A stretch of 64,000 bases of DNA from Callorhinchus milii (taxonomy: Eukaryota). How positions within the stretch are numbered: position 1 is the first letter of the stretch; the number at the start of each line of letters is the position of its first letter. The position numbers and the translations under genes are program-made. The notes beneath the pieces were generated by a model that saw only the letters and a list, made by a program, of their open reading frames with translations, was not told the DNA's origin and made no database searches. Shown piece by piece: positions 50,681-63,340 of the stretch. Location: positions 61,258,001-61,322,000 of the forward strand of contig NW_024704742.1 in assembly GCF_018977255.1 (NCBI RefSeq), in the 5' to 3' direction.

Positions 50681-51240
50681 AAAACTGACAGGCTAACATG
50701 CAGCTAAATAAATAAATAAAGATATGTAAAAGAAGGGGATAACATTCAAAGTGAAGCAGTAAACTATGAAAAGTAAATAGGAAGAATAATACATTACACA
50801 AAAGATCTGATAAAACAATATATCAAATTAAACCACCCTTTTCAACCCGACCTATCCTAAAGTGATTGAACTCAACCCCAAACCCAACCGCCATCCCTAA
50901 ACCAATTAAGCTGATCTGTCCCATCCATGCTTACCCAATATAGTTTTCCCCCACACACAGACGCACACAAATTTTCTTTACTTTCTCCTACCATCCCTCA
51001 CCTCTCTCCGTCCACGGCTCACAAATCATAACTTGAACGTGTCAATTTACACATTATTTTACGCGGTGCTTCCTCCATTTTATTTAAAACCTGCGCCATG
51101 CTGTGCAACCAACTGGCTGTCCTTGACAGATATTGCCAAAGAGAGAGAAGAGAAAAAATGTGTGTAATCATTATTCTCATTTGCTTGGTTAAAAAATAAA
51201 TCCTTTTCTTGAATTCCCCATTCCTGATAAAAGGAGAAAA

Positions 51241-51620
51241 TGTGGAGTCCTGTTGCAGAGTGGTTGGTGCGCTCGCCTGGCAAGCAAGAGGACCCAGATT
51301 CGATTACCGGGTAAGGCAAAACCTTAAGCTAGTTTCCGTACTCCACACATGCCCCTCTGTTTATCTAGTAGTAAGTAGGAATCCGGTTGTTAGTCAATTG
51401 GCGGATGGCTTTTCCGTGGGGTAATAATCCCTCGAAAAAAAGATAATAATTTGATCACTCAATCCATGACTGTTCGTGGACACTACTATGCACAATTGGC
51501 TGCTACATTTCACCTGTAACATATACAGTCAATTCACTTTACAGTATATTCTGTGAAGCTCTTTGAGATGTCTCAAAGAAGTGATAAGGCGCTATATCAA
51601 ATGCAAGGCTTTTTATTATT
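51241..51620 (+). mobile_element. Young tRNA-SINE, long subfamily, full length
   Basis: tgtggagtcctg head, the internal segment and the tail gataaggcgctatatcaaatgcaagg. Confidence 0.92.
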
Positions 51621-51733
51621 AAAAACAGCAAACTGGTTATAAGAATAGCACTTGAATAGGATTCATCACATAAGGCTAGAAACATTTGTTAAATATCTTG
51701 TCATGGTCCGTAACAGTAAACTTCAAAATTATG

Positions 51734-52398
51734 AGTATTTTTAAAGTTGAACTGTGATTCAGTGAGCTAAGCCATTAAATTTCAGGCTGTCAAATGATAC
51801 CTGGAAACATTATTGTAGACAGATAAAATAACCACAAAAACAACTCTACTTATGCACAATCCTTGCAATTTGATAAGGAGTCAGAGAGTTATAAATCACT
51901 GCCAGCTACCTGTTCCAAAATGCAATTTTTCAATAAGATTACATTCTGTAATAAGGTTTGACTTACTTATTATCTCTCCAATTTGCCTTATTTTTACGGA
52001 AAATGTGCCACTTTCAAAATGTGCCAATTTACTTTTTTTTCCAATTTGCAGCTCACACAATGTGCTTTGCATGACAACATCTACCTTGAAGATAGTCATA
52101 TCTTATTAAAACGTTAATATTGCATTGTAATAGAGAGAAGCAAAATAAGTTATTACTAATATAATGAACTAATTTGAGACTCGCCCCTTTCTCGTTTTAA
52201 TAAGGTATGATGCAGTATTTTTAAAGTTGAATTGTGATTCAGTGAGCTAAGCCATTGAATTTCAGGCTGTCAAATGATACCTGGAAATAATATTGTAGAC
52301 AGATAAAATAACCACAAAAACAACTCTACTTATGCACAATCTTTGCAATTTGATAGAGTCAGAGAGTTATAAATCACTGCCAGCTACCTGTTCCAAAA
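51734..52398. repeat. Local direct duplication of about 186 bp (51734-51920 and 52214-52398)
   Basis: agtatttttaaagttgaa...cagctacctgttccaaaa occurs twice with only a handful of differences. Confidence 0.95.
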
Positions 52399-53210
52399 GT
52401 GCTGTAAATTCTAATTCTGCTTCACTGCTAGCATAGAAAAATGTGGCTTCTCTTTTCTGTTTCTAACTCACCATCATCTCAATTGGATAGGTAATAAAAA
52501 GTATGTTTTGTTTCCAATTGCAAATTAAATTAGCACCATTTGCTACAGAAGGGATATTTTCTAAGGTCTATCAATATTGAATGTATCATTATTACTGAAA
52601 GTACTTAATCTAAAGTTTTTGCTTAAGTTGTGTTATCTTTTCTACAGAAAATATTAGCCCAGGGGATTGGGTTGTGAGGCTGATTACTTCAAGACACTCA
52701 CCTTAGGCAGTGTCCTTCAACTGGGTGACCTGAAATCAAATTCATTTCAGAGACAGGTCATTAAAATCATTGGTTTTGCTATTGGCTATCCAGAGTCACA
52801 AGTTTATATATGTTTGACAGTTTTTTCCCAATGACAATAGGTTGACAAATTCAATTTGCCTTTTCAGTCCCACACAGACCATGTTCTTATTCATTACACA
52901 CAATGTTTGTTTAGTCACTAATTAACCCATGAATTCTCTGTTTGCAAGCACCATTAAGACATAAATAGTTCCTTTCTACATATAATTCATAGACAGCACA
53001 TTTAAGAACTGAGGTCACTAGAAGTATAAGTCTGGTGGGAGGCAACAAGTTATACTTTCACAACGTCTTTCATTGTGGTGAACATCCAAAACAATTTGGG
53101 TGCCTAGTCAGCTGTGTGACCTGCTTTCAGAAGTCCTTTCAACATGAAAGGTGCTAGATAAATGCAAATTGTATCCCTCCTGATGTGATATGCACTATAT
53201 AGGGTTATTA

Positions 53211-53997
53211 TCTATACTAATAAAATGACTCTGTCTGTCTGTCTGTCTCTCTGTCTGTCTGTCTGTCTGCTCTTCAAGAAGGATCTCAATAATTGATTGA
53301 CGTAGAGATATGGTTTATACCTCAACGGAAAGGTCCTTCAACTGGGAGTGACATGGAAATATTTGTTTTCGGCTATTTCCTACTGTTCATGAGTTATGCC
53401 TTAAAACGTATTTCAGTTTTGCATTTTTCACTGCAGTTTCACCTCATGGCCGCCATGTCAAAGTGGTGCTGTGGCATCTCGCAGGTACACCTGGTGACCT
53501 TGTTGGCTAACCATGACACTGTGGTATCCTACGCCACAGAGCATGCATGCAGCCAAGAGGTGGCAGCAACAAAATAAAGAACACAGACAAAGCTAAGCCG
53601 TGGCAACAACAACAAAATTACATTTTCAAAGCGCCTTTCACGTAGGGAGGATGGCCCAGTGATTATAAATTATACATTCATATTGATCATTATAAAGATA
53701 CCTGAGCGAAAATCAAACCTCTCAAGCATAAGTAAAAATGCTAGACAAAAGAGAGAAGACCCATTAAATGAAACTGAAGGACAAAGAACAGCGTGGCTGC
53801 ACTTTAATGCTGAACAGCACACCAAAATGAGTTCCCCGTTCAAAGAACAGCACGGCCAAAATGAACGCTCCCACAGAAGTCCTCCCAAATGAGTATAGAT
53901 AAAGATGAGATGTCTGTCTGTGTATCTATCTGTGTGGCAATCTATATTCCATATTGGATCCTTTGGTTGCTAACATAGCTGCAATGGATACAGCTAG
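53211..53997 (+). mobile_element. Probable non-autonomous Helitron
   Basis: A|TCTATACTAATAAAA start, (TGTC)n at 53230-53269, CTAG|T end, no TSD; internal part recurs at 60230-60470. Confidence 0.6.
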
Positions 53998-54044
53998 TTA
54001 TTTATAATGGGAAACTCTAAGCCATTAATATGAACATTACCAAT

Positions 54045-54550
54045 CTAAGCTCAGGGTTCACACTGGCACTCTTGTGTTGGACAATGTACTGCATTGTTGG
54101 AGATAGAATTCTTCAAATGAGACAGTAAACAGAGATTCTGCTTGGCTGTTTAGGTGCATTTTAAAGAATCCATGGCACTATTCAATCAATGACTGTTTGT
54201 GGGACATTGCTGTGCGCAATTGCCTGCCGTGTTTCACCCATAAAACATACAGTCACGACACTTTACAATAAATACTGTGAAGCGCTTTGAGACGTATTGA
54301 TGATGTAATAAGGCGCTATATCAAATCAAATCAAGGATTATTATTATTGTTGAAAAATCAATGAGACTTTCTCTGGGTATCCTGGCCAACAATCCCCCAG
54401 ATAAATTGACAGTCTGACTGTTTATGGGACATTGCTGTGAACACATTGGCAACTGCATTCACCTACAAATGCAGTTTCTACACCTAACATGTCAATTGCT
54501 TTACAGTGATTACTGTTTCAATGGTGCATCTGCTTTTTTAAATAGAAGGA
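54045..54550 (+). mobile_element. Old Deu SINE with a nested younger SINE 3' half (54184-54350)
   Basis: The old body stops at ccatggcactattc and resumes at ctttctctgggtatcctggccaac. Confidence 0.8.
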
Positions 54551-54999
54551 TTATTATTATAATTAAGCAGACACTTCTAAACTGTAGTGGATTCTGTACT
54601 GCTTGCGATATACTCAGTGATCAAATTGATTCATTTTACATTTTAAATTACTTGATGAAAACGTACAGTTGGAGACAGGCCTCTGGTTGATTCTTGTGCA
54701 CTGAATAGACATTATACTGTCATTTTGACCTTAAATCATTTTTTGAGTCTAATGGGTAACCACATATAAAAAACATAATGGTTTTCTTATGCTTTATATT
54801 TTCTGATTATTAAAATTAAAAGATCAACGTCACATTCATTTTTTAAACGAGGTGAAATTCAAGGTTTGAAATTATTCCCAACTGTCGGCACAGTGAATTC
54901 AATGTTGCTTCACCGGATGCAATCTTAACATTAGGTTCATCTTCACCATTCTTGAATGGCTCCATTGGCTACCTAACCCCCATGGATCGAGTTTAAGAT

Positions 55000-55380
55000 A
55001 CTCGCCTGAACATTTATTTCTTCCACAATCTTGCCCCACCCACCTCTACAACCTCCTCAAACCACACTGACCTGGCCGCTTCCTTCACTCAGTGGGGACC
55101 AACCTGCTTCATGTTCTCCTCCTTACCCACCCCACCATCAACAATTGGGTTTTCACCCCATTCTCTGGAACTCCAGCCCAGATTCCCTCCGACTTGTACC
55201 CTTCCTCATCTCTTTCACTGCCCATCTCAAGATCTTTCTCTTTAACCATGCCTTTGGGCATCTTTGTCCCCCCCACTTTGATTCCCACCCCAGCTTAGGT
55301 GCTAGGCCAGGACTGCCAAGTGCCTTTGGACTTCCTTCCAAAGTGAAAGGTCCTGTGTAAATGTAAATTTGTATTGTATT
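55000..55380 (+). mobile_element. Decayed L2 3' fragment
   Basis: ILWNSSPDSLR...HLKIFLF and tail gtgaaaggtcc..taaatgtaa. Confidence 0.75.
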
Positions 55381-55449
55381 AAGATCAGAGGGGCAGTGAT
55401 AGAGATAGAGATGTAGATAGAGATGTAGCTTACCATCTAGGAGCTTGCT

Positions 55450-55750
55450 GGCTCGAATCCTGATCAGTGCTGAGTTTATTAATTTCAACCAGGGCTGCAA
55501 GGGGAAGTGAAATTGACTCTGGCCTTCCCCAGGTTATGGAGGGTAAAATCAGCCTTCACTCTGTAAACGTGTGGCAGCCAGATAAAGCCAGGTGAAGAGC
55601 GGTAGACTTGGCTGTGAAACCCCCTACAATCTGACTGGTCGGCCAATAGTCGTTGCCAAGACTAACATGTGAACAGTGGACATGGAGGGCAATGAGCACT
55701 TGTGGAAGCTCACCTCAGTAAAAGGAGGCTGGAGACCAGGAGTAGAGCAT
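55450..55750 (+). mobile_element. Ancient interspersed repeat (same family as 4590-5375)
   Basis: Shares tgctgagtt, caggtgaaga, ggctgtga and cacttgtgga in the same order. Confidence 0.55.
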
Positions 55751-55966
55751 CTCCCATTGGTGAACATTTTAGAGAAATAGACACACAAAATTAGAATAAT
55801 AGAATCATAGAACTCTACAGCACAGAAGGAGGCAGTTTAGGAGGCAAGCATTGTTATTATTTATTATTATATACCACATTAAGGCATAAAATTAACTGCT
55901 CCAAGCTTTCTGGAAATAAATCATTAATAACTTTTACTAATGTCAGTCAAACATTGTATACTTGGT

Positions 55967-56065
55967 AGAAACACAGAAGTCACTGGGAACACGCAGCAGG
56001 ACAGGCAGCATCCATGGAGAGAGGAAAATGTGTTCACATTTCAGGTCTATGACCTTTTGTTATAG
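55967..56065 (-). mobile_element. Penelope-like terminal fragment, second copy
   Basis: acagaagtcactgggaacacgcagcaggacaggcagcatccatggagaga...tttcaggtctatgacctttt is homologous to 15678-15770. Confidence 0.65.
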
Positions 56066-56228
56066 TATGTTTTCCTGGCAGAGCTCATAAATGTTTTGAA
56101 AACATTGGAAGTACTTCATTAGCAACAGGGATATCAGGAGTTCAGGACTGCTCATCAATCAAACTTGCTTGTTGGAACTGGAACGTGTTAATCACTTTTG
56201 GGTCAGGCTACTTGGTGGAATAGCCATT

Positions 56229-56544
56229 TATAATTCTTGCATTTGATATAGTGCTTTTCACGTCGGGAGGACGTCCCAAAGCGCTTCACAGAACACACTG
56301 TAAAGTGAATTGACTGTATATTTGTGGGCGAACGCGGCAGCCAATTGCGCACAGCAATGTCCCACAAACAGTCGTAGATTGAAAATGACCAATTTATTAT
56401 TGTTTTTTTTTGGTTTTGGAGGGATTATTATCAGGCGTGTGGAGTAAGGAAACTTGCCCAAGGTTTCGCCCTGTGCCTGGAATTGAACTCAGGTCTCTCG
56501 CTTGCAAAGCGAGTGCTCTAACCACTGAGCTACAGGACTCCACA
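56229..56544 (-). mobile_element. Young tRNA-SINE, short subfamily, full length
   Basis: Near-identical to 20995; perfect anticodon-like stem CTCGC-TTTGCAA-GCGAG. Confidence 0.95.
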
Positions 56545-58409
56545 TTTGTACAATCGCAAAAGAAATAAAGGGAGAAGCATGTGATAAATAAGGAGAGGAC
56601 ATGTGATATTATCAAAGGTGATAATTATCACATCAACCATACTTTTATCATAAATAGTCAATATTTATCACTAGATTTGGACTGGAAAACTACCAACCTT
56701 CCTCCCCTGGCAAATAGCTGCATATTGACTGCATTTATTGTCAATGTGATAATTATTAGTAGAGGAAATATCACATATCGCAGGCGCTATACAAATGTAA
56801 TTTTGTTGTTGTTGTTCCCCAATATACACAATGAACTGCTGTCATTAGCAAAGGTAAGGCAAAAAGATGCCTATCAAATGGGGATATTACCAATTCATTG
56901 AATGTTTCCAGTTCAAGCGTACAAACCACAGTGGGACTCACCTTTAGCAATTGTCATTTGCTGTTATGTGCTTTGAATGAACAATCTGCCCTTGCCAAAT
57001 CCATGCCACATGCAAACCAATTTTGTTCTGTTGGTTTATAGTAACTAGAAGCCTTTAGCTGTATTGATCTATAGTATGCTTAATTGCTGATTGTGATTTC
57101 AATGTGGGAATGTATTTCACAACGCAGTCACCTGTGAATTGCATGATGCACCAAGTGTTACAACTCAATAATAATAATAACTTAATTCCATCTCAAAGCT
57201 CAGAGGATTTACTGTACAGTGTAGTAACTGTGTGCTTTGCATCTAATAAACAGGGTGAGTTTTAATGAATTATTAGACAAGTCACAAAAAGGCACCTTTT
57301 CAGAGGGAACCAATAAAGAGATGTAAGATGCTAATGGGATAAATAACATAGACCCTGAACAATGCTTTTGGATATGCCAAGGCAATAGGATAAGAAGTTC
57401 TGAGTCAGAGTTGTGATGGGCAGTTTTAAGATACACCAGGAATTATTTCTGTATACGGAGGGTAATCAGCAGATTGAACAAGTTCCCAAGAAGGGTGATA
57501 AAGACCAGATTATGGTTCTTATTTGAGAGCCAGTTAAACAATGCAATGTGAAAACAATAGGGTGGCTATTCTGAAAGGATGAGATTGAATGGCCTTGTTT
57601 ACCAAATTACTTTTATGAACTTGTGAAATGATCTGTGTGAATAATTAGTGTCACACCAGAAATCTTTACTCTTTGACTGTGCCTTGGGTCACCTCCTCTT
57701 CTCAGAGTTAAACCATACTGCTGTTAAGCACTCTGAGATGCCACCCGCATCATGAAGGACACCATATAAATACAAGTTATTGTTATTGTTGTTATTATTA
57801 GCCTACCTTAGTCACACTAGTCTGGGGACAACAACAGCAGAACTGTCCGCATGTGTATTCAAACATATCATCTTAAACTCTTTCCCAGCACTAAATCCTT
57901 ATTGCTCAGTGCTAAAACCAGTTTAGCGAACCACCAGAGCATTTCAACCTTTGGCTTCACATTTTGGATTCAGTTCACAAACTGAAGCACGGTGAGATTG
58001 CCTTGTCTCTTATAGCTAGAAAAAGCCACAGCAAAGTGACCCCTATATATGTTTACTGCAGCTGCACTCTTTATCTTCCTTCAGCAAAAGAAGACAATTG
58101 TCTTATACCTGCACAAAACTGTAAGCTTAACTGTCCCATTATTTTCTTATGTTTTTCCCTGTTGACATTGTCACATCTGGGAAAGCTTGCAAACTGCTCT
58201 CTGAAATTCTCTTTCAGACCATTTTGCCTTACTACTTCTCTCCCTAAATCATATCTCCTTAATCAACATCACCATGGTACAGTGCTCCCAGACTCTATCC
58301 TGTATAAAGGGTGCTGTATAAATGCAAAGTGTCATGTTATTGTACAAGTTAATGGATGTGTCTCTCTGAAACTCTGATGCTGATTTCAGTTTTGACCAGC
58401 AGGTGGTCA

Positions 58410-58640
58410 AAGCTAGCCAATGGTACATCTAATAGGAAGCTTGGGAGTAATCTGTTCACACAGAGTGTAGTGAGGATGTGGAACTCACTCCTGGAAGCTT
58501 GGTTGAAACAAATAGCAACAATGTGTTTGAGAAAAAACTTGATACACACATGAAAGGGAAGGGAACAGAGTGGGATAGTACCGGGGAATAGGAAGGGTGA
58601 GGCTCATGTGAAATATAAACACCAACATGGCCTATTTCTG
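58410..58640 (+). mobile_element. CR1 3' fragment
   Basis: RKLGSNLFTQSVVRMWNSL. Confidence 0.75.
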
Positions 58641-59044
58641 CACCATATTACTAGATGATACAGCTCTATTAATGTAACTTCCATCAAGCTGGATGTAGCT
58701 AATGCCCCTAGAGCTTGGCAGTTAATTGATGTAGGAGTAGGGATGTAGATTGATGCAGAATTGATGTAGAGAATTAGCCTGAGACACAAATGGGAGTTTC
58801 CAAATATTGTAAATTAGACCACGTTACGTCCTCTACTCCCTGCGGTCTTACTCTTGATTTATTTTCTTAAGCACTTGTGATCAGTTTTCTAACCTCCTTA
58901 ATGATATTTTTAAATACATCACTGTCCTCGACAGATTTGAGCTTCAGGAAATTCTTTTCTGCTCTTACTTCTCAAAAAAGTATTTTGTTGACCTACATTG
59001 GTGTCCTTCTTCCTCTTCTGCATTTCTTTCTCAATGGTATCAGC

Positions 59045-59155
59045 AATAATAATAATCCTTGCATTAGATACAGCGCTTTGTCATGACATTGAGAAGTCTC
59101 AAAGCACTTCACAGAATATATTGTATAGTGGATTAACTGTGTATTTTGTGCGCCA
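59045..59155 (-). mobile_element. SINE tail fragment
   Basis: aataataatccttgcatt...aaagcacttcacagaatata. Confidence 0.8.
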
Positions 59156-59312
59156 AGTGGTACTGGAATATGGTTTCTTTTGTATCCTTCAATACAATAC
59201 AATTTACATTTATATGGAGCCTTTCATATCAGTAGGATGTTCCAAAGTGCATTAATAATAATAATCCTTGCACCTGATATAGCTTCACTGGATATTATTA
59301 TTATATTCATAA

Positions 59313-60228
59313 AAACATAAGAACATAAGAATTAGGAGTAGGAGTAGGCCATTTGGCCCCTCTAGCCTGCCCCCCCCATTCAATAAGATCATGGCTGATC
59401 TATTCTAACTCCACCTACCCACCTTATCCCCATATCCCTTAATCCCTTTATCCACAAGAAATCTATCAATCTCAGTCTTGAATATGTTCAAGGACTGAGC
59501 ATCTACAGCCCTTTGGGGTAGAGAATTCCATAAATTCACTACTCTCGGAGTGAAGAAGTTTTTCCTCAACTCAGTGCGAAAGGGCTTACCCCTAATTTTA
59601 AGACTGTGACCCCTGGTTATAGTTTCTCCAACCAGGGGAAAAAGTCTCCCACCATCTACTCTGTCATGCCCCTTAATAATCTTATAGGTTTCTATAAGGT
59701 CACCTCCCATTCTTCTATATTGCAGAGAATATAGGCCTAAATTGCTCAACCTATCCTCATAACTCATCCCCCTCATCCCTGGTACCTTCCTGCCCCTCCC
59801 CCGGCTTAGTCCCGGTATCTGTTACTGTAAAGCGCTCTGAGATACCGTCCGGCGTGGAGGGCGCTATATAAATCCAAGTTGTTGTTGTTACTGCTGTTGT
59901 ATATTCTAACCCTTTTGTAACAGATGCCAACGTACCGTTAGCCTTCCTAATTGCTTGCTGTACCTGCAAACCTAACTTTTTGTGACTGGTGTACAAGGAC
60001 ACCCAAGTCCCTCTGAATGCTAACACTATCTAGCTTCTCCCTTCTAAAAAATAATCTACTGTACTGTTTATGCCACTTAGGTGGATGACTTCACACTTCC
60101 CTACATTATACTTCATCTGCCACCTATTTGCCCACTCACTTAGCCTATCTATATCTCGTTGCATGTTTTTAATATCATCCTCGGTGTTTACTCTACCTCC
60201 TACTTTAGTGTCATCTGCAAATTTGGGT
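59313..60228 (-). mobile_element. CR1-clade LINE 3' fragment with (TTCTTATG)n tail, interrupted by an L2 tail at 59786-59888
   Basis: ORF 59405-59776 (SYEDRL...GDLIETYKI...TRGHSLK...RVVNLWNSLP); FADDTK at about 60205-60223. Confidence 0.95.
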
Positions 60229-60229
60229 A

Positions 60230-60470
60230 ACTCCTATTGTTCATGAGTTATTTTCAGTTTTGTGTTTTCCGCTGCAGTTACACCTGGTGGCTGCCAAGTC
60301 AAAGTGGTGCTGTGGCATTATGCATCACAGAGCATATATGTATGTACACACACACTGCAGTTATACCTGGTGGCCGCACAAGCTGACCGTGGTGCTGTGG
60401 CATCCTGTGTCACAGAGCACGCCGTAGCCAAGCGGCAATGGGAACAAAATAAAGAACACAGACAAAGCTT
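60230..60470 (+). mobile_element. Internal fragment of the putative Helitron family
   Basis: Colinear with 53378-53595; both end aacaaaataaagaacacagacaaagct. Confidence 0.8.
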
Positions 60471-61363
60471 GTCTTGAGCACTTCAACAATAGCTGAGCTT
60501 GTTACTGACCTGGATAGAAATGATCAAAGATGAAGGTGGAAGGAGGAAGATGCAATCTGAAGATGGGCAAGAAGGGGCAAGGTGGAGGGAAAGATCAGGT
60601 GAAATGTTAGGTTTTTGCCAGTACGAAAACACGTGTTAAAATGGAGCACTTCACGCAGGCAACAGTCAAGGAAATCAAAAGGAAAATCTAAACAAATAAC
60701 TGAACAAATCAATGTAACAGAGAAGAAAGGTTTGTAATTATTGGCATCTTTTGGTTCACAGCCAAAGTTTGCAGTATCAGTCCAATGTTGGTTGTTTTTA
60801 ATATTGTAACTTTTCAAGTGGCAGAGTTTAATTAACTGCACTTGTGGTTAATTATGTTCTTATTCCTCCCAGACAAAACATGTTCTACATGTTCGTACAC
60901 TGAACCACGGGAATGCAAATTTGCTGCTGCTGGAGTGCTCGTAAACACTATGGTTTGTAAAGTTATAGTCAAACTTGATTTAATTGATTTTAATTGATTA
61001 GCTGGGATCCCAGCTCAAATACTAACAAAATGGTGTTCACTTTACCTTTACACTTTATATCTGAGTGTCTTCTATTAGCATTTGTAATTCCATATGTTAA
61101 CAGATTTTCTTGCTATTTAGGATAAAACCTTAGTGTTCGTGAAGAAGTATGACAATCGTATTCAAAATATTGACAATTACATTTGAAAAATGGCTTATTG
61201 AACACTACGATATTTGTATGGAACATAATTGATATCAACAGACCCACAAGCAGGAATTTGTTGATACCAATCTCAGCAGGCACATGAGCACACAAATCTC
61301 CGGGCAAGAATTAACCTTGTGAGGCAGCTTCAATACACAACACATGCACAGCACAAATGAAAT

Positions 61364-61650
61364 GTTGGGCAAGTTTCCTTACTCCACACATCTCTGTAAG
61401 TAGGAACCTGGTTGTTAGTCGATTGGCAGATTGCTTTTCTGGGGGTAATAATTCCTCCAAAGAGAAATGAAAAAAATAATTTGATCACTTAATCCGTGAC
61501 TGTTTGTGGGACATTGCTGTGCTCAATAGGCTGCAACGTTTTGCCTACAAAATATACAGTCAATTCACTTTACAGTATATTCTGTGAGATGGCTCAAAGA
61601 TGTGATAAGGCGCTTTATCAAAATGCAAGGATTATTAAATTATTATATTA
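61364..61650 (+). mobile_element. Young SINE, long subfamily, head missing
   Basis: ttgggcaagtttccttactccacac...gtaagtaggaacctggttgttagtcg...tail. Confidence 0.9.
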
Positions 61651-62679
61651 TCCTGCTCGAGTGAAGATTCATTCCATGCTTTGTCAAAATCGTTCATTAT
61701 TTTAAACACCTCAAACAGATTGGCCTTCAACACCTTGAGTGCCAGTGAAATGTTAGAGTCCCTAGTTTACTCCTACTTCATCATAGTTCAGTTATTTCAT
61801 CACAAGAAACATTTGCTATTGCGCTACCCATTATTTAATTTATCCACCTCCTTTGCAGCTTTGTACTCCCTTCATCATCATTATTCACCACACATCCTTT
61901 CTTCGTGTCATCTGATAAACTTAGATTATGCACCAGGTTCTTTATATAGAATGTGAAATGCAGGTGTCAAGAGTTTGAGACTTGGCTCAGCTGTCCTCAG
62001 CCTTCAAATAGCCTGATGATAATCATTATCTATGCTTGTGGAAGAAGAGTTGGCATTTGCATTGGAGGTATTGCATTGCAGGCTTCTTCCTCTGGAACCA
62101 GTCCATAATAAAGAGGTTCTGATGTCTGTTAGCAAGGGGCAAGTAGGTGATTCTGAAAGGATAGGAGAGGGATGGGCATTGGTTCGATTAGAGATGTGGA
62201 TATAGGGTCAAGAGAGAACATGGTAGGTTTCATTTGGGAGATGATAGAGGAGACTGGTCTGAAATAATAAAGATTTTCTGTTGCTTGGTAGAAAGGTGGT
62301 TAGGAAAGCACTATAGATATTGACTCTTTGTGCTATATAGTTTTATGATTTTGAAGATGGTAAGGCATTTTTAAAACAAGCAGTTTTAAGTATTCTAAGA
62401 TGACTTATCCTAAGTGGATTTGTTTTAATGAAGCTAGTTAAAGGCTTTAGGTTATAGAATATAGTACAGATATTTCTTCAACTCTTCTGAAGTGCAGCAA
62501 CTTAAGACAAGCTCCAGCAGAGTTCTTGAGGCAAGGATTTTATTTTTAAATTAAGGATAGTGGTTTATTTAAGGAAAATGCTAGAATAGATTTCAAAAAA
62601 GAATTAAGCAAACATTTGAAAGTAAAACATATAAAAGGGTATAGAGAAACGCAGGAGAAGAAATCTAAATGGATGACCA

Positions 62680-62975
62680 AGAATAAACTTTGCATTTAAT
62701 ATAGCACCTTTCATGTTGGGAGGACGTCTCAAAGTGCCCTCACAGGATTTACTGTAAAGTATAGTGACTGTGTTTCCTGCAGAAAAATGCAGCAGCCAAT
62801 TTGTGCACAGCAATTGAATGAAGGACCATTTTTTATAAAACTTGTAATTGATAGCCAGTACACTGAGAGAATCTTCCCTTTCTGAATAGTGTCATTGGAT
62901 CTTTAATGTCGATTTGAATAGGGTGCATGGGGGCTTGAACAGAATATTCTGACTCAGAGATGAGAGTGCTACCTG
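62680..62975 (-). mobile_element. Old tRNA/Deu SINE, internally deleted
   Basis: gcagccaatttgtgcacagcaa and ttctgactcagagatgagagtgcta. Confidence 0.8.
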
Positions 62976-63164
62976 CTGATACCTAAATAGTATTCCATTC
63001 TTACAAGGTTATGATCTTATATTAGAGAGTTGGCATAGGCACAATGGGAGAAATGGCCATAAGATAAATATATGTTTGTGTGTTATCTTTCTGAGAAAAG
63101 AAAAGTGACAAGTACTGTTAACAAAGACTTTGACAATATTGCTGTTAATGAACTGTTAGATACC

Positions 63165-63340
63165 TCTATTCCACCATCGGCAGCCATACATTCAGCCACT
63201 ATGCCCCAAAGCTCTGGAACACTCTCCCTCAATCCTTCCATCAGGCCCTCTCCTTCCCCATCTTTAAGTTGTGCCTGAAGACCTTGCTTTTCGACCATGT
63301 TTAGGTTATATAGCGCTATATAAATGGAAGTTGTTGTTAT
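63165..63340 (+). mobile_element. L2 3' fragment
   Basis: ctctggaacactctccctcaatcc...gcgctatataaatggaagttgttg. Confidence 0.85.

Noticed and set aside
52712..52725. 14-mer GTCCTTCAACTGGG shared with 53333-53346
   Set aside because: Several exact 14-mer matches are expected by chance in 64 kb.
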